Below are positions 39,701 through 51,485 of a stretch of DNA of 64,000 nucleotides, piece by piece. The position numbers and the translations under genes are program-made. How positions within the stretch are numbered: the stretch's first letter is position 1; each line of letters begins with the position of its first letter. Source of the DNA: Squalus acanthias (Eukaryota); assembly GCA_030390025.1 (NCBI GenBank), contig CM059432.1:141858001-141922000 (forward strand), written 5' to 3'. The notes under the pieces were generated by a model. That model was not told where the DNA came from. It ran no database searches and saw only the letters and a program-made list of their open reading frames with translations.

Positions 39701-42700
39701 GCTCCCACTGGTCCTAATGAATGGGCTCCCCCTAGTCCTAATGAATGGGATCCCGCTGGTGCTAATGAATGGGCCCCCCGTGGTGCTAATGAATGGGCTC
39801 CCCCTGGTCCTAATGAATGGACTCCCGCTGGTGCTAATGAATGGGCTCCCCCTGGTCCTAATGAATAGGATCCCGCTAGAGCTAATGAATGGCCCCCCAC
39901 TGGTCCTAATGAATGGGATCCCGCTGGTGCTAATGAATGGGCTCCCCCTAATGCTCATGAATGGGCTCCGGCTGGTCCTAATGAATGGGCTCCCCCTGGT
40001 GCTAATGAATGGGCCCCCACTGGTGCTAATGAATGGGCTCCCCCTGGTCCTAATGAATGGGCCCCCACTGGTGCTAATGAATGGGCCCCCACTGGTGCTA
40101 ATGAATGGGCCCCACTGGTGCTAATGAATGGGCTCCCCCTGGTGCTAATGAATGGGCTCCGGCTGGTCCTAATGAATGGGATCCCGCTGGTGCTAATGAA
40201 TGGGCCCCCACTGGTCCTAATGAATGGGATCCCGCTGGTGCTAATGAATGGGCTCCCCCTAATACTAATGAATGGGCTCCGGCTGGTCCTAATGAATGGG
40301 ATCCCGCTGGTGCTAATGAATGGGCCCCCACTGGTCCTAATGAATGGGATCCCGCTGGTGCTAATGAATGGGCTCCCCCTAATACTAATGAATGGGCTCC
40401 GGCTGGTCCTAATGAATGGGCTCCCCCTGGTCCTAATGAATGGGCTCCCGCTTGTGCTAATGAATGGGCTCCCCCTAGTGCTAATGAATGGGCTCCCACT
40501 GGTCCTAATGAATGGACTCCCGGTGGTGCTAGTGAATGGGCTTCCCCTGGTCCTAATGAATGGGCTCCAGCTGGTCCTAATGAATGGGCTCCCCCTGGTG
40601 CTAATGAATGGGCCCCACTGGTCCTAATGAATGGGATCCCGCTGGTGCTAATGAATGGGCTCCCCCTAATGCTAATGAATGGGCTCCGGCTGGTCCTAAT
40701 GAATGGGCTCCCCCTGGTGCTAATGAATGGGCCCCCACTGGTGCTAATGAATGGGCTCCCCCTGGTCCTAATGAATGGGCCCCCACTGGTCCTAATGAAT
40801 GGGATCCCGCTGGTGCTAATGAATGGGCTCCCACTGGTGCTAATGAATGGGCTCCCCCTGGTCCTAATGAATGGGCCCCCACTGGTCCTAATGAATGGGA
40901 TCCCGCTGGTGCTAATGAATGGGCTCCCCCTAATGCTAATGAATGGGCTCCGGCTGGTCCTAATGAATGGGCTCCCCCTGGTGCTAATGAATGGGCCCCC
41001 ACTGGTGCTAATGAATGGGCTCCCCCTGGTCCTAATGAATGGGCTCCCGCTGGTGCTAATGAATGGGCTCCGGCTGTTCCTAATGAATGGGATCCCGCTG
41101 GTGCTAATGAATGGGCCCCCACTGGTCCTAATGAATGGGCTCCCGCTTGTGCTAATGAATGGGCTCCCCCTAGTGCTAATGAATGGGCTCCCACTGGTCC
41201 TAATGAATGGGCTCCCCCTGGTGCTAATGAATGGGCCCCCACTGGTGCTAATGAATGGGCTCCCCCTGGTCCTAATGAATGGGCTCCCGCTGGTGCTAAT
41301 AAATGGGCTCCCGCTGGTGCTAATGAATGGGCTCCGGCTGGTCCTAATGAATGGGCTCCCCCTGGTCCTAATGAATGGGCTCCCGCTTGTGCTAATGAAT
41401 GGGCTCCCCCTAGTGCTAATGAATGGGCTCCCACTGGTCCTAATGAATGGGCTCCCCCTGGTGCTAATGAATGGGCCCCACTGGTCCTAATGGGCTCCCG
41501 CTGGTGCTAATGAATGGGCTCCCACTGGTCCTAATGAATGGGCTCCCCCTGGTCCTAATGAATGGGATCCCACTGGTGCTAATGAATCGGCCCTCACTGG
41601 TGCTAATGAATGGGCTCCCCCTGGTCCTAATGAATGGACTCCCGGTGGTGCTAATGAATGGGCTCCCCCTGGTCCTAATGAATGGGCTCCAGCTGGTCCT
41701 AATGAATGGGCTCCCCCTGGTCCTAATGAATGGGCCCCCACTGGTCCTAATGAATGGGATCCCGCTGGTGCTAATGAATGTGCTCCCCCTAATGCTAATG
41801 AATGGGCTCCGGCTGGTCCTAATGAATGGGCTCCCCCTGGTCCTAATGAATGGGCCCCCACTGGTGCTAATGAATGGCCCCCCACTGGTCCTAATGAATG
41901 GGCTCCCCCTGGTCCTAATGAATGGGATCCCGCTGGTGCTAATGAATGGGCCCCCCACTGGTGCTAATGAATGTGCCCCAATGGTGCTAATGAATGGGCT
42001 CCCCCTGGTGCTAATGAATGGGCTCCGGCTGGTCCTAATAAATGGGATCCCGCTGGTGCTAATGAATGGGCCCCCACTGGTCCTAATGAATGGGATCCCG
42101 CTGGTGCTAATGAATGGGCTCCCCCTAATGCTAATAAATGGGATCCCGCTGGTGCTAATGAATGGGCCCCCACTGGTCCTAATGAATGGGATCCCGCTGG
42201 TGCTAATTAATGGGCTCCCCTAATGCTAATGAATGGGCTCCCCATGGTCCTAATGAATGGGCTCCCGCTGGTGCTAATGAATGGGCTCCCGCTGGTCCTA
42301 ATGAATGGGCTCCAGCTGGTCCTAATGAATGGGCTCCCCCTGGTCCTAATGAATGGGCCCCCACTGGTCCTAATGAATGGGATCCCGCTGGTGCTAATGA
42401 ATGTGCTCCCCCTAATGCTAATGAATGGGCTCCGGCTGGTCCTAATGAATGTGCTCCCCCTGGTCCTAATGAATGGGCCCCCACTGGTGATAATGAATGG
42501 CCCCCCACTGGTCCTAATGAATGGGCTCTGGCTGGTCCTAATGAATGGGCTCCGGCTGGTGCTAATGAATGGGCTCCGACTGGTCCTAATGAATGGGCTC
42601 CCCCTAATCCTAATGAATGGGATCCCGCTGGTGCTAATGAATGGGCCCCCAGTGGTGCTAATGAATGGGCTCCCCCTGGTCCTAATGAATGGACTCCCGC

Positions 42701-45360
42701 TGGTGCTAATGAATGGGCTCCCCCTGGTCCTAATGAATAGGATCCCGCTAGAGCTAATGAATGGCCCCCCACTGGTCCTAATGAATGGGCTCTGGCTGGT
42801 CCTAATGAATGGGATCCCGCTGGTGCTAATGAATGGGCTCCCACTGGTCCTAATGAATGGGCTCCCCCTAGTCCTAATGAATGGGATCCCGCTGGTGCTA
42901 ATGAATGGGCCCCCCGTGGTGCTAATGAATGGGCTCCCCCTGGTCCTAATGAATGGACTCCCGCTGGTGCTAATGAATGGGCTCCCCCTGGTCCTAATGA
43001 ATAGGATCCCGCTAGAGCTAATGAATGGCCCCCCACTGGTCCTAATGAATGGGATCCCGCTGGTGCTAATGAATGGGCTCCCCCTAATGCTCATGAATGG
43101 GCTCCGGCTGGTCCTAATGAATGGGCTCCCCCTGGTGCTAATGAATGGGCCCCCACTGGTGCTAATGAATGGGCTCCCCCTGGTCCTAATGAATGGGCCC
43201 CCACTGGTGCTAATGAATGGGCCCCCACTGGTGCTAATGAATGGGCCCCACTGGTGCTAATGAATGGGCTCCCCCTGGTGCTAATGAATGGGCTCCGGCT
43301 GGTCCTAATGAATGGGATCCCGCTGGTGCTAATGAATGGGCCCCCACTGGTCCTAATGAATGGGATCCCGCTGGTGCTAATGAATGGGCTCCCCCTAATA
43401 CTAATGAATGGGCTCCGGCTGGTCCTAATGAATGGGATCCCGCTGGTGCTAATGAATGGGCCCCCACTGGTCCTAATGAATGGGATCCCGCTGGTGCTAA
43501 TGAATGGGCTCCCCCTAATACTAATGAATGGGCTCCGGCTGGTCCTAATGAATGGGCTCCCCCTGGTCCTAATGAATGGGCTCCCGCTTGTGCTAATGAA
43601 TGGGCTCCCCCTAGTGCTAATGAATGGGCTCCCACTGGTCCTAATGAATGGACTCCCGGTGGTGCTAGTGAATGGGCTTCCCCTGGTCCTAATGAATGGG
43701 CTCCAGCTGGTCCTAATGAATGGGCTCCCCCTGGTGCTAATGAATGGGCCCCACTGGTCCTAATGAATGGGATCCCGCTGGTGCTAATGAATGGGCTCCC
43801 CCTAATGCTAATGAATGGGCTCCGGCTGGTCCTAATGAATGGGCTCCCCCTGGTGCTAATGAATGGGCCCCCACTGGTGCTAATGAATGGGCTCCCCCTG
43901 GTCCTAATGAATGGGCCCCCACTGGTCCTAATGAATGGGATCCCGCTGGTGCTAATGAATGGGCTCCCACTGGTGCTAATGAATGGGCTCCCCCTGGTCC
44001 TAATGAATGGGCCCCCACTGGTCCTAATGAATGGGATCCCGCTGGTGCTAATGAATGGGCTCCCCCTAATGCTAATGAATGGGCTCCGGCTGGTCCTAAT
44101 GAATGGGCTCCCCCTGGTGCTAATGAATGGGCCCCCACTGGTGCTAATGAATGGGCTACCCCTGGTCCTAATGAATGGGATCCCACTGGTGCTAATGAAT
44201 CGGCCCTCACTGGTGCTAATGAATGGGCTCCCCCTGGTCCTAATGAATGGACTCCCGGTGGTGCTAATGAATGGGCTCCCCCTGGTCCTAATGAATGGGC
44301 TCCAGCTGGTCCTAATGAATGGGCTCCCCCTGGTCCTAATGAATGGGCCCCCACTGGTCCTAATGAATGGGATCCCGCTGGTGCTAATGAATGTGCTCCC
44401 CCTAATGCTAATGAATGGGCTCCGGCTGGTCCTAATGAATGGGCTCCCCCTGGTCCTAATGAATGGGCCCCCACTGGTGCTAATGAATGGCCCCCCACTG
44501 GTCCTAATGAATGTGCTCCCCCTGGTCCTAATGAATGGGATCCCGCTGGTGCTAATGAATGGGCCCCCACTGGTGCTAATGAATGTGCCCCAATGGTGCT
44601 AATGAATGGGCTCCCCCTGGTGCTAATGAATGGGCTCCGGCTGGTCCTAATAAATGGGATCCCGCTGGTGCTAATGAATGGGCCCCCACTGGTCCTAATG
44701 AATGGGATCCCGCTGGTGCTAATGAATGGGCTCCCCCTAATGCTAATAAATGGGATCCCGCTGGTGCTAATGAATGGGCCCCCACTGGTCCTAATGAATG
44801 GGATCCCGCTGGTGCTAATTAATGGGCTCCCCTAATGCTAATGAATGGGCTCCCCATGGTCCTAATGAATGGGCTCCCGCTGGTGCTAATGAATGGGCTC
44901 CCGCTGGTGCTAATGAATGGGCTCCGGCTGGTCCTAATGAATGGGCTCCCCCTGGTGCTAATGAATGGGCTCCCACTGGTCCTAATGAATGGGCTCCCCC
45001 TGGTGCTAATGAATGGGCTCCCGCTGGTGCTAATGAATGGGCTCCCGCTGGTGCTAATGAATGGGCCTCCACTGGTGCTAATGAATGGGCCCCCACTGGT
45101 GCTAATGAATTGGCTCCCGCTGGTCCTAATGAATGGGCTCCCCCTGGTGCTAATGAATGGGCCTCACTGGTGCTAATGAATGGGCCCCCACTGGTGCTAA
45201 TGAATGGGCTCCGGCTGGTCCTAATGAATGGGCTCCCCCTGGTGCTAATGAATGGGCTCCCACTGGTCCTAATGAATGGGCCCCCACTGGTCCTAATGAA
45301 TGGGCCCCCACTGGTCCTAATGAATGGGTCCCCACTGGTGCTAATCGATGGGCTCCTGCT

Positions 45361-45592
45361 GTCGTAAATCTGTGGAATTCTCTGCCCCAGAGAGCTGTGG
45401 AGGCTAGGTCATTAAATACATTTAAGGTGGAGATAGACAGATTTTTGCAAGATAATGGAGTGAAGGATTATGGGGAGCGGGCAGGGAAGTGGCTTTGAGC
45501 CCAAGATCAGCCATGATCTTATTGAATTGCGGAGCAGGCTCGAGGGGCCAAGTGGCCTATTCCTGCTCCTATATCTTATGTTCTTATGTTCT
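45361..45592 (+). mobile_element. CR1 3' fragment within the satellite (copy 2, duplicate of 36543-36774)
   Basis: Same sequence and same junctions by eye, offset 8818 bp. Confidence 0.92.
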
Positions 45593-46422
45593 AATGAATG
45601 GAATCCCGCTGGTCCTAATGAATGGGCTCCACTGGTCCTAATGAATGGGCTCCACTGGTCCAAATGAATGGACTCCTGCTGGTTCTAATGAATGGGCTCC
45701 CGCTGATTCTAATGAATGTGCTCCCACTGGTTCTAATGAATGGAATCCCACTGGTCCTAATGAATGGGCTCCCCCTGGTGCTAATGAATGGGCTCCGGCT
45801 GGTCCTAATGAATGGTCTCCAGCTGGTCCTAATGAATGGGCTCCACTGGTCCTAATGAATGGGCTCCCCCTGGTCCTAATGAATGGACTCCGGCTGGTCC
45901 TAATGAATGGGCTCTGCTGGTCCTAATGAATGGGCTCCGGCTGGTCCTAATGAATGGGCTCCCCCTGGTCCTAAAGAATGGGCTCCCCCTGGTCCTAATG
46001 AATGGGCTCCCCCTGGTCCTAAAGAATGGGCTCCCCCTGGTCCTAATGAATGGGCTCCCGCTGGTCCTAATGAATGGGCTCCCCCTGGTCCTAATGAATG
46101 GGCTCCCGCTGGTGCTAATGAATGGGCTCTGCTGGTCCTAATGAATGGGCCCCACTGGTCCTAATGAATGGGCTCCCCCTGGTCCTAATGAATGGGCTCC
46201 CGCTGGTCCTAATGAATGGGCTCCCCCTGGTCCTAATGAATGGGCTCCCGCTGGTGCTAATGAATGGGCTCTGCTGGTCCTAATGAATGGGCTCCCACTG
46301 GTGCTAATGAATGGGCTCCCCCTGGTCCTAATGAATGGGCTCCCCCTGGTCCTAATGAATGGGCTCCCCCTGGTCCTAATGAATGGGCTCCCCCTGGTCC
46401 TAATGAATGGGCTCATGCTGGT

Positions 46423-46724
46423 TGTTGTGGTTGAAAAGGACTCAGCGGAAACTTCGGTATGGTACAACGCTCACTTTATTCAACTGTACACCCGGAGAAA
46501 TTCCTCTTCCGTCAAGGTCGAAAGAATTTCTGTCTTTACAGCAAAAAGCAACTGCTTTTATGCTTGAAAACCACAAAGATCAACATGTTGATTTTGCACG
46601 TACGCCTTACTTAGAAAAACCTCAGACAAGATATTGTCTGTAACCTGAGCTGTCTACACACTGTGGTTTTTGTTATCTGGGTCATAATGTTAAGATTCAG
46701 CTTAACAGATTAGGTACTCTAACA
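46423..46724 (-). repeat. 3' LTR of the ERV (302 bp)
   Basis: Minus strand runs TGTTAG...CAACA (TGTT/AACA inverted ends). It is preceded by the PPT aaaagtgggga (46726-46736) and contains CATAAAA (~46556-46562) and AATAAA (46475-46480). Confidence 0.85.
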
Positions 46725-46953
46725 ATCCCCACTTTTGGCCCTTGGCCAGCGATTGGCCCAAGGCAGCCATACTCATAGTTCCTCCGCCTATGGAGTGTCC
46801 CAGGGATCCTCTGGGTTCCATAAGCTTTGGATTCTACTAACTCTAAGCCTCTAACGACTTTGCATTGGCTCTACTAGCCTCCGCCTGGTCTGGGTATAAT
46901 GCCAGCAAATAGCAACTTAAGCCTAGATTTTCCCCGTACTCATATATGTAGCT

Positions 46954-48569
46954 TCACACCGGTTGCTCCCAATCTGTTCCCTTATTTCTCAACGGTTCTA
47001 TTTCAGTCTTCCGTAGGGCTTTGGCCAAGTCCTTATTCTTCTTCTTTCTCCGGAGCGTGCAGGTGAGACAAATCATGTATCTCATCACCACCAGTTGTAC
47101 CACCACCAAAACATGGGAGACTATTCTGATCCAGGGGTGAATTTGTACATTAAGCCCCCAGTTCCACAAGTCCTCCCACCAAGTTGGGACTTGGATTTCC
47201 TCGACCTGGTCCTTTATATCCTCGCTCTTCTGACGGAGGGTATAATAGGTCTTGTAGGCCTTATCTAACCCTGCCTTGATTTCATCCAAGTGCTCAGGCA
47301 GTGGGGGTATCGGGTAGGTGAACTGGTTAATGTACTGTTCAAGCTCGTTAACTACTTCTCGCTGATGTATGTCCACCAGCTCTACCCTACCCACCCGTGA
47401 TGGCAACTGTGGTTTAAAGCACACGGTTTGGTTTCCCAGCTGGCATCAGGTATACCCATGCCAGAAAAACGTCTGGGATGTGGTGTCGCAGTATTGGCCT
47501 TTAGCCAAGTAGGCTACTCGAGTTGGTTCCATGTTGGCTGGCATAGCCTCCACGGTACAATTGGCTGTGGTATTAAATCCGCACTTCGCCTCCTCTGTCT
47601 CCTAGATCGGGTGAGGGCACACGATTGTGTAGCCACTGATGCTACATCCTTCCAGAGTGGTCCCTAACATCTTTCCTTGCATCTTTACTGCATATGAGAG
47701 TGTGCTGTGATGTTTAACACTATACCTTTCCCTGATCACCCCTATGTTCTCTCTATAGACCTCTCTAGGTGGGGTTGAGTCAGTGAGCACTGGTATAGCA
47801 AGTACCATTCCCAATAACATTCCTTCCTTTACAATACAGTCAGTATTAGTGGAATACACACGCACTAATCCCCTGAGTTGGCAACCGGTTGTGTTGGACC
47901 CTGTTTTCCTTGTAAGCTTGATAAGCTGTTCGTTAGTGATCCATAAGGGAACCTCACCTTGGTGGATCTGTCTCACATTCTCCCGTGTCTGTTCTATAAC
48001 CCAGGATCCATAAGTGAAGTCCAGGCTTCGCTTCCGTCGCCTGTTCTTTCGTTCATTAGGAGTCCCTTGGCCTGCCCGATTTGGTGCCCTTCTCCCATCG
48101 AATTGTGCCATTTGTTTCATTACCCTGCTCAACAGGGTGGAGTATAACGCTCTGGTTTTTCCCGAGCACCAGGACGGTAACCCTACATCTGTCAACACTA
48201 CGAGTACCAACTCATGGTGTACATTATCATACAAAATCTTGCCTTCCTTTACTAACACAAGTCCATTCTCCGGTCCCTCCGACCGGCCGAGCGCACATTG
48301 TTACATTATCACATTCAGAATGTCCAATCCTGTCCTGGTTCCAATGCCATGTGCGCCCCACATCTGCGCCTCCTGCTGTTGCTCACGGCCACGGATACTA
48401 CTTGTTGCACCATTATTCCTTTCCTGGTCCCTGTTTGATTAAAGGCGAGTTCCTTGTAGGTGCCTATAACATCAAATTTGCCATGCACGGCGCTCGTAAA
48501 ATAAGTCATACATGCTCCTTCAGTGAAAGCCACGTGGCACAACAGAAGCAACAGCGCTCGTTGGTTCAT
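46954..48569 (-). pseudogene. env: ERV env, class I fusion protein with F-protein-like layout, disrupted
   Basis: Signal peptide MNQRALLLLLCHVAFTEG preceded by a splice-acceptor-like ttttgctttccag. Furin site RRRKR (~48028-48042), a Cys-rich block, a heptad region, Trp-rich WWEDLWNW, a TM segment (IRIVSHVLVVVQLVV..MICLTC) and a basic tail. In-frame stops and deletions. Confidence 0.85.
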
Positions 48570-48599
48570 CCTGGTGATATCTGGAAAGCAAAAATGCAT

Positions 48600-50880
48600 A
48601 TGGGTATCCGGTCGTCACCAGGACCCAGTTATTTACTTGTTCTACTTCTGGCACCTTAGCCTTTTCCTCCATCACATCGGTTTCCAACTCGCGGATCGCC
48701 TGTTGGTCCGCAACTTCACGCCGTAAACCATGTAGCTGCTGGCATAGTTCCCTCATAAACCTCTTGACTCGTTCTCGGGCTGGTCCTACAGTCCTATTTG
48801 GTGTGGCCCTCAGCGCCATCAATAAACTTGGCAGTAAGTCCGCCCATCCTTTACCTGTCTCTATTATGGCCTTGGCTATTGCTCTTTTTAGGTTCCGATT
48901 CATGCATTGTACCATCCCCGAACTCTGGGGGTGATAGGGTATGTGGAACTTCTGTTTTATCCCCATTAGTTGGCACACTGCCTTTACCACTTGCTCTGTA
49001 AAATGTGTTCCGCTGCCTGAATCTAGCTGCAAAGGTACTCCCCACCTTGGGATGATTTCTTCAGCTAATATCCGTGCTACGGTATTAGCTGAGCAGTCTC
49101 GGGTGGCAAAAGCCTCCACCCATCATGTAAATTGATCAATAATTACCAAGCAATAATTCGTTCCCCGACTGGGTCCTGTAAAGTCTATTTGTATTTGTTC
49201 CCATTCCTTAACTTCCCCCTTTGGGGTATCTTTGTATAATTTTACTATGTTAACTTCCTGCGGTCCTATGGCGGCCGCTGCCACCCGACACATGGGTGCC
49301 TCTAGCGCTGATCGTCTTGCCGCTACATTGGTATTTCTGTTGCCTATTTGTAGGGGATCGCTTCTCTTTCGATGAGCTTTCACCTTAATTACTGCTGCTT
49401 GTTGAGGTCGTTTTGCTGCTCCACTAATGCCTTTACTACTTTCTCATGCTGTACTGCTCCTCCACTTGAGGTGATGTACCCTCTCCTACTCCAGGCTGTC
49501 ATATAGTCATGTACCACTCCAAAGGCATATCTACCGTCCGTATAAATATTAGCTGACCTGCCCTCAGTCAGTTTCAGGGCTTCTGTGAGCGCTATCAATT
49601 CTGCTACTTGGGCTGACATTTCCCCAGGCAGTTTTCCTTGCAATATTATTTCTCCTTCTCTGTTTACGATTGCCCATCCGGTATGTGGACTCACATATCG
49701 TCTAGACCCATCGACAAACAAAGTCATTTCTGCCTCCTCTAATTCCTCCTCCTTCAGTATACTGTAGAAGTCCGTTTCTAATTCTGTCACACAGTTGTAC
49801 TCCTCTCTTTCTGTTAGCATACCTTCCGCTGGGTTAACCCTACTGTCTTTCACTATCAAGATCGATTTATCCCTAGGTAACAGGATGGCTTCCTATGCTG
49901 CTTGCCTGCTGTCTGAGACCGTTCTCAGTTTCCCAGTGTTTAGCAATTCTACTATGGTGTGTCTGGTGTGCAATATAATTTCTCCTGTCCATCACTATCG
50001 GTTCGCTAACCTTAACTGCCCATGTGGCGCAGTCTATGGCCGCAATACACCGGGGCAGTCCTTTCGTCACTGGTGATTCTTTGGTGGAAAAGTACGCTAC
50101 AGGTCTCATCCTACCCCCATGTTCCTGGGCTAGTACTGCACTATGTACAAACAGGTGGAACGGCTTTCCCATACAAGGGAGTCCTAATGCTGGGGCCTGT
50201 ACTAAAGCCCGTTTTAACTCACTATGAGCCTTATCTTGCTCCTCCCCCCATTCTACCGGGGTGCCCGGTGGATGACCCCCTTTAACTAGTCTCTGGATAG
50301 GTTCTGCCTTTTCAGCGAATCCTTCCACAAAATTCCTGAATCTATCGTTAAATGGTATGAGCCGTCTGGCTTCCCTACCGGCCACACCGGTGAATTCGTG
50401 GTGGATTGGGTTTCTCTCACTACTCCTCGTTCTTCTAATTCTTTCACTATTCTAACCACCGCTTCCTGTGCTTCCCTTTTTATAAGGTATTGTTTGCGCG
50501 GGGTGTGCTCTGGTCCAGGGACGTGGAGGGGTTCCATTACCACTTTCCCACAGTCCTGTTTATGTTTTGCCCATACCCCACTAACTTGTTGACACAAGAT
50601 TCCCCAGGGTCCATGCTGTTCCCAAGGGTCTTCATTACTGGCCGTTAAGGTGGTCCACTGTGCCTCCCTTTCTCTTTCTACTTTCAGGGGTTTGCAAGTT
50701 GATCCTCCCCCCTTTTGGGTCTATAATGGTCCCTAATTACCTTAATAGGTCCATCCCTAATTCCCTTAATAGTACCTTCAGTATTCTTGAGCTTTAATGC
50801 TACTTCTCCCCACCCCAGTCACCAAAATAGTTTGTGAGGTGGTTGGGAGGTCTAAATACGTAATTGAGACCGATGTCCCC
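48600..50880 (-). pseudogene. pol: ERV pol remnants (protease stub, RT N-terminus, tether, RNase H, integrase)
   Basis: RT: VWAKHKQDCG..KQY.IK..NSPVWPVGKPDGSYHLTID. Tether: APALGLP..KPFHLFV..RPVAYFS. RNase H: LFVDGS..SAQVAELIALTEAL..NIYTDGRYAFG. IN: WEQIQIDFTGP..LVIIDQFT..IPRWGVP..YHPQSSGMV. Confidence 0.9.
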
Positions 50881-51485
50881 GGTCCTAATGCATGGGCTCC
50901 ACTGGTCCTAATGAATGGGCTCCACTGGTCCTAATGAACGGGCTCCCGCTGGTCCGAATGAATGGACTCCTGCTGGTCCTAATGAATGGGCTCCACTGGT
51001 CCTAATGAATGGGCTCCACTGGTCCTAATGAATGGACTCCTGCTGGTCCTAATGAATGGACTCCACTGGTCCTAATGAATGGACTCCACTGGTCCTAATG
51101 AATGGGCTCCCGCTGGTCCGAATGAATGGACTCCTGCTGGTCCTAATGAATGGGCTCCACTGGTCCTAATGAATGGGCTCCACTGGTCCTAATGAATGGA
51201 CTCCTGCTGGTCCTAATGAATGGACTCCACTGGTCCTAATGAATGGGCTCCACTGGTCCTAATGAATGGACTCCTGCTGGTCCTAATGAATGGGCTCCAC
51301 TGGTCCTAATGAATGGGCTCCCGCTGGACCTAATGCATGGGCTCCCACTGGTGCTAATGCAGGGGCTTCACTGGTGCTAATGCAGGGGCTTCACTGGTGC
51401 TAATGCAGGGGCTTCACTGGTGCTAATGCATCAGCTCACCCTGCTGCTAATGCATTGGCTCTGCTGCTGCTAATGCATGGGGCTG
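50881..51485. repeat. Distal, degenerate part of the same satellite (mostly 23-bp units)
   Basis: gggctccactggtcctaatgaat units that decay to ctaatgca variants. Confidence 0.93.

Larger units (their letters stand above)
25757..46422. repeat. 24-bp tandem satellite, consensus CTAATGAATGGGCTCCCCCTGGTC/G, roughly 840-860 units (length/24), with higher-order duplications
   Basis: Continuous periodic sequence with occasional 23-bp units, interrupted only by two CR1 fragments. Confidence 0.99.
46423..50880 (-). mobile_element. Degenerate endogenous retrovirus, lokiretrovirus-like (pol, env, 3' LTR; gag and 5' LTR missing)
   Basis: Domain order PR-RT-tether-RNaseH-IN-env-PPT-LTR on the minus strand; satellite lies on both sides. 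Confidence 0.9.

Noticed and set aside
25757..46422. Very long ORFs (up to 813 aa; GPNEWAPP, LVLMNGLP and GAHSLGP repeats) as a repetitive protein
   Set aside because: A 24-bp unit keeps several frames open on both strands, 23-bp units switch frames at random, and there are no unique domains or splice structure.
25757..46422. CRISPR-like array (constant CTAATGAATGG with variable intervening bases)
   Set aside because: The variable parts are point variants of one monomer rather than unique spacers; the context is eukaryotic and there are no cas genes.
46954..48569. Domesticated syncytin-like env gene
   Set aside because: It has in-frame stops (TAG at ~47602, TGA at ~47446), disruption near 48315 and no fusion peptide.
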